Positions 10,794 through 20,000 of a stretch of DNA of 20,000 bases are shown here, piece after piece (position 1 is the first letter of the stretch; every line of letters begins with the position of its first letter). The position numbers and the translations under genes were made by a program. The notes beneath the pieces are model-generated. The model ran no database searches and was not told the origin of the DNA. It saw only the letters and a program-made list of their open reading frames with translations. Location of the stretch: the NCBI GenBank assembly GCA_022813865.1, contig JALDZX010000056.1, forward strand, positions 114,148-134,147. Reading direction: 5' to 3'. The stretch comes from Xylographa opegraphella (Eukaryota).

Positions 10794-11220
10794 TCCCTCT
10801 GGAGCTCCACGACGGTTTCCATTCAATTTGAAGAAACTTTAAATTTCATACGAGCTTATCTTTAGCGTCATAAAGACTTGGCGCACCTCATTGGTGCTCG
10901 CCAGGGTTGCCAGAGCAACGATTGTCCGCTAAAAATCGTGCCGGACTAGCGTTGTTTTGATGGTCTTCCTCTTTCGACCCCTCCTCGTGGTCTTTTCCCT
11001 CAACCACTCAGAGTTATATATCTCGTTCTTTTCATGCAAACTGTGCGCTCGTTCTACCAGTAGGAAGTGTACACGCTTCCTTCTGCACACTGGTCGCGAT
11101 CACACATACTGTCCTGCTGGACGTGAGAGCAGCTTCACCAATTGTTGATCATTTGTAGACTCTCATTGCGTACCGTCCTCAGCTAGCTTCGACTTACTGC
11201 TCACTAAGCTTCGAAACTGG
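10794..11220. promoter_or_regulatory. Short divergent intergenic region / probable bidirectional promoter of MRH4 and BUD4
   Basis: Head-to-head genes about 430 bp apart; CT-rich tract (10964-11032) on the BUD4 side; CTTGGCGC at 10877-10884. Confidence 0.55.
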
Positions 11221-14200
11221 ATGAACAGGCCACCATGGCATCTGTACGTATCTCGTTTTTCTGAAAAGTTCTTACGGCATAAGGAAATATCAAGTCTAAT
11301 AGGCAGCCTGAAGATCCAACCTCTGCGGATACAAAAGCACACCCCATCTTCTTCTCCAAGCAAAATGATAGGCGCACCTCTATCTCGGCCTCTAGCTGAG
11401 CTCAGCCCAATGGAGCGAAGGAGAAATTCCCCGAGTTACAACCAAACAAGCAGGGTAAGAGATTTTCTTAAGTTCACAAATCCGATTTATAACGACATCC
11501 ACAGAAGGCTCTATTCAACGGAGACTCGTCACCTTTCGATCCATCCCCTGTTGCTTCCAACTCCCCTCGCCAATATTGGCAGAGTCGCGACCCTTCATCT
11601 CCAACACGTTACAGTATGGAAAATCGCAATCCGTTCGAAGGTCGCGAAAGCTCCCCATCTGCGGCAAAGCGCTCTTCGATTGAGAACCTCAAGCGTGCTT
11701 CTCGGGTAAAGAACAGTAACATGTTTGAGCGCGAACAGAAACAAGCATATGACCCAACATCTACGCCCGTCATCGAACGACCTTTGGCGAGTGGCAGATC
11801 ACTAAATGTGCACTCCAATAGCAATACGCCGGCTGTAAAAGCATCTGATATCTTTCGTAAAGAAACCGTGCAGCAGAATGCAAAATTTCCGATCTATAGT
11901 CCACTGAAGTCGCCAGCTAAATTCAATATTCCCGAAACACAAAAATCACCTATTCGTGGTCAATCATCACCGGGAAAGTCTTCTTTGTCTAAGAATAGCC
12001 GCTATGCTCAGGCCTTCGATCCGGAGAATAGCATATGGTCTGAGGAAGAGGAATCAATCGTTGATCGCCAGCTGCCGCCCGGTAAATCACTTCATAGACA
12101 TGCAAAGAGTGTGACTTTCGACGCCGCTCCACCCGAAGTCAATGAGTACGAAATGCAGACGCCTGATCCATCTTCTGTCGCGTCGGGCTCGCGAGATGGG
12201 AGCTATGATTCTGGTGAGGGAGATGAGGACGAGAGTTTTGATCACGCTTCTCTAGATCGAGACGATAGCTTCGATGCTTCTCTTGAGGATACAGACAAGA
12301 CTCCTGTGGTATTGCCAGAGGACTGGCGGTTTATGAGTCCGGCTGTTGCACACGACGACCTCGCTAAGCATATGGAAGATCCATTTGAGGGCGAGAAGAT
12401 GAGTCCACCACCAACAGCACAACCTTCGACTTCGGATCCTCGTTCGTCTCCATCTAGGACCGATTCTTTGAACTCCAATGGCAGCGAGCGGAGGCCCCTT
12501 CCACCTTTACCAGCTTTGGGCATGCCAGCGTTTCTCCGAGCTCGTTCGGACTCGAATAATAGCTTATCGGCTACAGCGGAGCGTGTAAGCAGTGCACAAC
12601 GAATACTTCCCTCGGCCCCCAGACCAGCTTCAATTTCAAAGTCAGAGCTGCAAGGCATTGGTGGATGCTCGATGCCTATAGAAGATCGCCTTCGTCTGAT
12701 GATGCTCCAAGAGACTGAGAAAACCAAGAATCCTGCTGAACAGCAGCGAGAGAGACGACTCAGACGTGGTAGAAGTCCCGAGCACGGCGACGACAGTGGA
12801 CTGGGTATAAAGATCCACGAAGACGAAGTGGAGAACGACGAACTTTCTGACTTGGCGGAGTATCAGTTGCCACCTCGAATATCACGAGAATCGATCCTGC
12901 GTAAAGTGAAGAGTCGAAGCCAACTACTACCGGAAGATGACTATGAGCATTCGTTGCCTGCTCCAAGCTCCAGCCCTGATAGACAAGCATCCAACCATGT
13001 CGACCCAGATATCCCCTTGCCCTCTCTAGAGGATACCTTTAATGCTTTAGAAATAGAGGAGAGCATAATAATAAAGCAAGAGGAAGATACGGACAGTGAG
13101 GTTGATGTGTATTCCATTCCGGAAATGTATCGTCACAATCCAGATAACGAGTCACACGAAGGCACAAATTTTGATCTTTCTTCCTTTAACGTGCCCGATA
13201 GGTACACTTCGAATCAGAAAGACGATGACGAAGAAAGTCAATACTCAACAGACACTAACGGCCAACATCAGCCTCAGGCGGAGCCTCAATCAAACAGCAC
13301 AACCGAGGACGAAGGTCCTCCAACGCCACGCCCTCAAAGTCGGCAACCCTTTGACGATGTCAACGAAAATAATGCCATGACCAGCCATAGGATGTCTCTT
13401 CCTCAGTTTGCTTCGATGCTTGGAGAGGACGATTTTGGACTCGGTTTGCAGTCATATTTGACACCAACGCCGCCTTTGGACGACGAACCTATGAAGGTTA
13501 ATAATCATGCCCCTGTACTGGCTCCGCAGGAGCTACAGCGCCCGATGACCCCAGAGGAGCAACTATATCCACCTAAATTCCCCGGCTGTGGTAATGATGA
13601 GGACGATGAGCCCAAGACTCCAGATTCTGTGATTCGTCATTCTGTACCAAGTCCAGCGATGTATGAATCCCCTGAGATTCCAGAACCATCTGCTACTATC
13701 AAGGCACCCGGTGGTGGACTTAAGACTCGAGCTTCGATTGCTCCAGCTGATGCTCAGGTGATGGCTCAGACGCGGCGTCAAATAAGTGGTGAGAGACCAA
13801 CGACTCCAACAATTCCAGGGCTCCATAATCAGCGATTATCGACAGCTTTTGAGGTGGATTGCCTCAGCACGGCCTCGTCAGGTGACACCAGTTCTGAAGG
13901 CGAACCGGTCAAGCAGATCAAGAGAAAGAGCAGTCTAATTCAATTGGAAGTGCCTTTGGAAGAAATCGACGAAGGGCTATCCATCGGTCTTGACCGAGAG
14001 TTTGATCGGGTTATAGAGGCCCAAAAGGTGGCGTTCAGTTCTTTCATTACAACCTCTGACCCAGACTGTAACAGCAAAAGGTCGACGCAAGATTATATTA
14101 GAAGACAACGGTTACTATTCATGAATCAGAACTTCGCTAACATCTCTACTCGACAACAGAAGGGTTACCTGATGAGACAGAATACAAAAATGGTCGTCGC

Positions 14201-15995
14201 AAGCAGCGCCTCGCACGACTCCAACCTGGATCACACAGAATCACAGGACTCACATATTCGGGGCACTCGTTCAGCTGGAAATTCACCGAGAAAGCCGAGT
14301 CATACACAGACATGGACAACAGAGCCGTGGAATGGTAAAATTAGGCGGAAAAGCGTTCGACAGTCAGCCAGTAGCCCGCAGAAGAGGATGCCCACTGGAC
14401 CCATGCCACCAATGCCCGGTCAACAAAGTAACGTTACGAGTGGCTTAGGCAGCGTCAATGAAAACGAGGCAATGCCTGATCTCGACATAATCGAAGACGG
14501 AGAAGAGAGAGGACGACTTTTCGTCAAGGTAATGGGTGTAAAAGAACTTGACCTGCCCCTGCCGAAGAGTAAGTCCGCAAATTCGTTTCGCATTATGACA
14601 CTAATGAAGCTTCAGATGAACGCTCGTACTTCGCATTAACCTTAGATAATGGCCTCCACTGTGTGCAAACAGCTTGGCTCGAACTTGGAAAGTTTGCACC
14701 TATTGGACAGGAGTTTGAGCTTGTGGTCCTCAACGAGCTGGAGTTTCAACTCACACTGCAGACAAAACTTGAGGAACCAAAGGCGAAAGCCCCTCCTCCC
14801 TCACCTACTAAGAGCGTTAAACCACAGAAGCCATCAACATTCAGTCGTGTTTTTGCGTCACCAAGAAAGCGCAAAGAACTCGAATTGAAGCAGCAAGAAG
14901 AGGCACAGAGAGCCGCAAAACAGAAGCAACTGGATGCACAAGCTACCAAAAAAGCTGCGGAACCCTGTGCGTGGGACTTGCTCCACAATCTTGTGGCTAA
15001 AGATGGGAGTTTTGCTCGTTCATATGTCTGCCTGAAGGACCATGAGTCACAGGCTTATGGTAAGCCATTCATCGTTGATGTCCCTTGCTTCAATGAGTGG
15101 GCTATGGAAGAAGTCCATACATTAGGCAGCGCAAGAAGCGGTTGGCGGTCTACCGCCACCGCCATGCAGCGCAAGGCGCCTTATAAGATTGGGAAGTTAG
15201 AGTTGCAGCTCCTATTCGTCCCTAAGCCTAAAGGAGCCCAAGATGATGATATGCCGAAGAGCATGAACGCTTGTATTCGAGAACTCCAGGAAGCAGAAGT
15301 CATTACTGAAAAGTCCTGGGAAGGAAACTTAAGTCAGCAAGGCGGAGACTGTCCCGTAGGTCCCATATCCGGATGTCTCGAGCTCAAATCACTGACTCGT
15401 ATAGTATTGGCGCCGTCGATTCTTCCGTCTTGAAGGTTCAAAGTTGACCGCCTACCACGAGGCTACCCGTCAACCGAGAGCAACAATCAACCTAGCCAAA
15501 GCCAGCAAGCTCATTGATGACAAATCTTCACTCATGCAAAAGGAGGTCTCCGGCAAGGGAGGTTCCCGTCGAAGATCTGCCTTTGCAGCGGAAGAGGAGG
15601 GCTATATGTTCGTCGAAGAAGGTTTCCGGATACGATTTACCAATGGCGAGACCATCGACTTCTACGCTGATAGTGCAGCTGAAAAAGAAGAATGGATGAA
15701 GGTTTTGGTAGACATTGTCGGGAAAGAAGCGAAGACTACCAAAAAATGGACAGACCTGGTCTTAGCAAAGCAACGTGCGACTGCTCATAAAGCGAACAGA
15801 GTAGAGCCTGGGATGTCTCCACGGAAGCCCTCGAACGGTATGCGGTCAGCACCACCAACCCCGGGACCCAGACAAGGCTCTCGGCCTGCGAAGAGACCGA
15901 GTAGTACAGGTGTACCGCCGCCGCCAGTGGAGAAGGACTCGAGGCACATAGCTGATCCTCGGAGACATCAGAAGACAAAGTCTATGGTCTACTAA
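11221..15995 (+). CDS. BUD4: Bud4 anillin-related septin/septation protein (anillin-homology DUF1709 + C-terminal PH domain); about 1450 aa from ATG 11365, true start uncertain (11221, 11235 or 11365)
   Basis: RPLAELSP..RRNSPS, KRSSIENLKRASRVKNSNMF, RHAKSVTFD, LDREFDRVIEAQK/KGYLMRQNTK, ERGRLFVKV, TLDNGLHCVQTAWLELGK, DGSFARSYV, PH domain GNLSQQGGDCPYWRRRFFRL...GFRIRFTNGETIDFYAD. Introns 11455-11504, 14028-14159 (in frame), 14569-14615 and 15356-15404 restore one frame; possible extra intron 11244-11306/11313. Confidence 0.92.
14028..14159 (+). other. In-frame, stop-free 132-nt intron in BUD4 (candidate retained intron/exitron)
   Basis: AAG|GTGGCG weak donor, GCTAAC branch point, CAACAG|AAG acceptor; 44 sense codons; removal joins IEAQK to KGYLMRQNTK. 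Confidence 0.75.
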
Positions 15996-16683
15996 GAGCG
16001 GTTGATGTCTTCAATGGTCGTTGCAATTGCGGATAACGAGGCATGACATATGTATATGTTCTGCTGATGTACATGTCCACGAATTCGATGGGAAGACGTC
16101 GCAATGACAAAAAGGTCATTCCCGCAAGGACTGGTTTTCTGTTTGAGTTTCACTTTCATACAGAGGAGTACCATAGTAGATTAGGGATTATCCTTCTTTT
16201 AGGCTCGTGAAAGAGGGGTCAAATTTGCTGTACAAACGTTCCAGATTTGGAGTTTAGAATGACTGTATCATGTCCTGGTCAATGCTGATTGATGTTTCAT
16301 TGCATCATTGTACTATAATTCGTAGACCGAATCAGCAAAAGAATTTGCGCTCAAAATTGTCCTTGAAGTTCAATATTCTGGTCCCTATGATAGTAGTAAT
16401 CACGTATTAGACAATGTGTCAAGACTTCATCTTGGAGAAGCCGACTCTGTGCAATGTAGTTCCATCAGCCAATAGCGCGTTCAACCACGAATTTTCTAGG
16501 ATAGTCATAAGGCTGACCACATCCCACATCTCAATGTGGGGCAGACGTTGCGGTTGGAGAGGAAATACAGACAATCGTGTGTCGTATGTCCGTGTTGTTA
16601 CAACTGTTCTTGACGCTCCACAATGACGATGCCATAACCTGGGTATCAACAGCAACTGATCATTGTTACTTGCTACCCTTGAA

Positions 16684-18802
16684 ATGGCTACAGGAGTACC
16701 GGCACTCAGCACCCTTCTTAAGAAGACGACGATTGTCGATCACCACGAAGTTCTGAGTGCCGCAAATGGGGAGCTTCAACGGTCAAAGGGCGACATTAAT
16801 GCTCAGCGTACTAAGGCTGTCGCACTTCTACAGCTTGATCGTTACGACGAGGCCGTGCATTTCTTTGAGGAAGCAGGAAATGCATTGAAAAAGGCGGCTC
16901 AATTGGAGCATGCTTACGCATTGTACAAGTCCGGGAATCTGGAAAAGGCTCAGGATATAGTGCAAGGAATCGACGAAAACAGAGGTGCTCTTCATCTGAA
17001 GGCGCAGACTGTACGCATCTTCGTCGTATGGCGAGTCAATATTGGCTGACGCGATTGTTAGCACTATCGGTTGGAGGAATTTTCGCAGGCAGCTACAATT
17101 TATAGAAGCCTATTAGAATTCCATCAGGTAGCGGTTGAAAACGAAGAGAACGATCTACGGATTAACGGGAGTGCTACAGATGCGCAGTTGGAATGGAAAA
17201 AACAAGGGGAATTGGTGCACAAGAAGAAGGCAACCCGCGAAGACCTCGAGGCTTTCGAGACTGCGTACAATGCAGCTTGTGCATGCATAGCGAGAAGCGA
17301 ATTTAGTCAAGCAGAGTTCTTGCTCAAAAAGGCCAACGGTAGGCTTCACCAGCTCTTGTTCATTTGACACAGGATAATATCTTACTTGCTCCTCCGCAGA
17401 TCTGTGTTCCTTATCGGATCTATCCGAGGACCTGAAGAGTGACGAACTTTTGCCCATCAAGGTTCAGCAGCTGTACGTCCTCAACACGTTGGGTCAGAAA
17501 GAGGAAGCGGAGAGGTTAGCTTCGGATATCACATTGAAGGAGTAAGTCTACATTCACTACAGAATGGACATCTACTGAACCCCCATTCTTAGAATCAAGG
17601 AATTATCAACAAGACAGATCGCGCAGATCAACAAATTAACGGCTTCCACAAAGCCATACAATCCGTATCTCTCTCATAGAATAGTTCAGTCAACTTTGTC
17701 CCCTCCTAAAAGTGACAGGCTCTTTGAGTTTCAGAAAAGCTTGACATTGCAGAACGAACTAGCTTTCGATCTTCTGTCGTCAAAATTCACTGGCGTCATC
17801 AATACTACGGCGACATTCCTTTCAGCGCATACTTCCCCCACTACTCAACCCAACGTCAATATACAGTCTGTGATAAATGCGGCAGCGCATGCGCAGAACC
17901 AATTAGGCAAATTGGGTTTAACCTCTATACTGCCGTTAATAGAAAAGAGGCCGAACGATGTTGGATTAATTTTGACAATCCTTCAGCTTTACGTGCTCAC
18001 AAACAATCATGGCTCTGCCATCACCCTCCTTAAGACGTTCTTCAAACATCTCGGTCTTTGGCCAAGTGCAGTTGATCAAGACGTTCGCTTTGCGCCAGGT
18101 CTCATCGCCGTAATGGTCTCGCTATACTCTATACAAGGACGTAAGAGCCACATCAGAACGGAACTCGCAAAAGCAGCTTCGTATTGGAGACACAAGTCCA
18201 AAAACTTACCCGACCTCTTCCGTGCGGCCGGCTTGGCGCTGTTGGATTCCACTAGCTCGGATGACTGTGCAGGCGCAGGGGAGATATTCGAGACACTTCA
18301 CTACCAGGATCCCAAGGATAAGCTCAGTGCTGCAGGATACGTTGCCGCATACGCGACTACGAACTTGACAAAAGTGGAGAGCACACTGGAGCACCTTTCG
18401 CCTATTACTCGTCTGACAGCAGGTATTGACGTTGATGCTCTGGAAGCCGCAGGTGTGCCCAATGTTCCGACAGCAGCTGCCCAAAATACCAGTAAGAAGC
18501 GGGCGGCGGACGGGAGCACGAAGCCTACCAAGAAGAGGATACGAAAGTCAAAATTGCCAAAGGAGTTTGATCCCAATAAAGCCCCTGATCCTGAGAGGTG
18601 GTTACCGCTTAGAGATCGTTCTTCGTATCGTCCAAAGGGCAAAAAAGGGAAGCAAAAAGCACAAGCGCTGACACAAGGGGGTGTCAGTGACAAGGGTGCC
18701 GAAAGTCTCAACATTGCTAATAGTGATGGGGTCTCAAAGCCAGGCAGCACAGTTGTCAGTGCTTCCTCTAAGCCCTCCAAAAAGAAGAAGTCGAAAAAGT
18801 AG
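16684..18802 (+). CDS. SRP72: Signal recognition particle subunit SRP72, about 651 aa; exons 16684-17010, 17062-17338, 17400-17541, 17593-18802
   Basis: N-terminal TPR-like helices (KAVALLQLDRYDEA, EHAYALYKSG, HLKAQT|HYRLEEF, FETAYNAAC) and the SRP72 RNA-binding signature KKRIRKSKLPKEFDPNKAPDPERWLPLRDRSSYRPKGKK...TQGG. Introns of 51, 61 and 51 nt give 1956 nt in frame. Confidence 0.95.
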
Positions 18803-18955
18803 ACCACGCTCGCTCAGGCGAACACAATCAAATCTTCAAAATACCAAGCCTTATGTCGCAGTCACGAGATGGCTCGAAACTCTAAAGGTACGACGTACAC
18901 AGCGTGGATTCCGTAGTCACTTGTCACTCAAATTCGTGAACATTCTGCATCATTC

Positions 18956-19644
18956 CTAAGTAGCAAACAGGGTATCTTCCTGAACATAAGGTCAGCCATC
19001 ACGTTCGTCCCCTCAAAAGCCAATACAGCACTTACCTCTCGCAAATACTCTCCGATATCCGCCTGCCGAAACGTCGTTATGCCCGTGGGCTCCAGCCTCC
19101 TCGCCTCCGCCGTCGACCTTGCTGTGACTCCAAACCCCTAAGAACAATATTCCCATTAGTCCCAAGCCTTCATCCCGACTCCCCCGCCCCTTCCACATAG
19201 ACTCACCAACGGCGTATCATCCATCCCCAGGACCACTACGCCCTGATGCTCCGGGCAATCTTCGCTCCACCGGCCCACATGCGCCTTCACCACATTGCCC
19301 CCGTACAGGAACGGCATCTCCCCGTTCGCCTTGACCCACACCTTGTAGCGCGCGTGCGGCGCGATCACCTCCAGCGCCGTGATGTGCAGCCGAAACTTGC
19401 CCGTCTTGGTGAACTTCCCCAGGCAGGTCCCCAGCGAGAGCAGGTTCGGGCGCGCGATGGAGGTCGCCAGATTGGCGAGCGAGAGCCGCACGTAGTACAC
19501 GCGCGAGGCGTGCAGCCGGAAGACGGGGCGGTCGGCGTCGGAGGTCGGGGAGGGGGGCGTGATCAGGTGGTGGAGGGAGCGCCCGGTGTAGTTGGCCAGT
19601 TTGGAGAAGAGGGCACGCGTTTCGGGCTCGGTGAGGGAGCGCAT
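18956..19644 (-). CDS. NIP7: 60S ribosome subunit biogenesis protein Nip7 (PUA domain), 187 aa; exons 19644-19207, 19137-19036, 18979-18956
   Basis: MRSLTEPETRALFSKLANYTG, LGTCLGKFTKTGKFRLHITAL, KVWVKANGEMPFLYGGNVVKAHVGR, DDTPL|GFGVTARST...FRQADIGEYLRE|EDTLFAT*. Introns 19206-19138 (69 nt) and 19035-18980 (56 nt) are canonical. Confidence 0.96.
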
Positions 19645-19806
19645 TGTGAGAGATTGGGATGGCGGAGCTGGTGGAGCGGAGGTTGGGTTGGAGATTTGTG
19701 GTTTGGGTCGAGAGTGGAGGTCAAAAAGTTCTCGCTAACGCGAAATCTTGGCGCTAAGGGTAGACTCCGTTACCGGGTAACGGGCCACACCCTAGAAGCG
19801 GGCCAC

Positions 19807-20000
19807 TAATTTAACACTATTTACACCCAAAACACCCTTTTTTCCTACATTAATGGTAAGCCCCCCCTAATTATATATATTTAACTAATTAGTTATAAAT
19901 AATTTAAAGTATAAAATAATATAATACAAACTGTATTATTGTAACGGCGTGTTACATGGCACCTTAATAAGTGATAGACGGAACGGGACTAAAGCGCGTC
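19807..20000. repeat. AT/TpA-rich, RIP-like segment; possible edge of a degenerate transposon/LTR
   Basis: Abrupt shift from GC-rich NIP7 to sequence such as TAATTATATATATTTAACTAATTAGTTATAAATAATTTAAAGTATAAAATAATATAATAC; TGTAACG and TGTTACA (LTR-terminus-like) at 19940 and 19950. Only about 190 bp is visible. Confidence 0.4.

Noticed and set aside
10782..10826. TTG-initiated extension of MRH4 (654 aa in track)
   Set aside because: In-frame ATGs at 10793 and 10781 give a presequence-like N-terminus; nothing supports the TTG start.
14569..15444. Apparent frameshifts between BUD4 ORFs (likewise in SRP72)
   Set aside because: Fully explained by canonical short GT-AG introns; no programmed frameshift needed.
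19246..19809. 187-aa plus-strand ORF
   Set aside because: Antisense shadow of GC3-rich NIP7 exon 1; no recognisable domain.
1..20000. tRNA, rRNA, snoRNA, CRISPR array or intact transposon ORF
   Set aside because: None recognisable by eye; small ncRNAs cannot be excluded without an Infernal/Rfam scan.

Overview
Eukaryotic DNA from a filamentous ascomycete (Pezizomycotina, inferred from short GT-AG introns with CTRAY branch points and from the protein sequences). It is a gene-dense housekeeping block with seven intact protein-coding genes whose exon structures I rebuilt by hand: TFA1 (TFIIE alpha, minus, runs off the left edge), PUS1 (tRNA pseudouridine synthase, minus), a two-domain fasciclin/FAS1 protein with signal peptide and GPI-like tail (minus), MRH4 (mitochondrial DEAD-box helicase, minus, intronless), BUD4 (anillin-like septation protein, plus), SRP72 (plus) and NIP7 (minus). 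The right edge turns abruptly AT/TpA-rich (RIP-like) and carries LTR-terminus-like palindromes. I found no large novel multi-gene system. The best leads are a 132-nt in-frame, stop-free, weak-donor intron in BUD4 (candidate regulated retention/exitron), an ambiguous BUD4 5' end with a possible overlapping uORF or near-cognate start, a frameshifted relic of a HeLo-like/SesA-type N-terminus (MSGAEVLAVISIV...) that the ORF track misses, and a (TA)GCGCCAAG motif shared by three promoters. Gene names come from recognising motifs; no searches were run.
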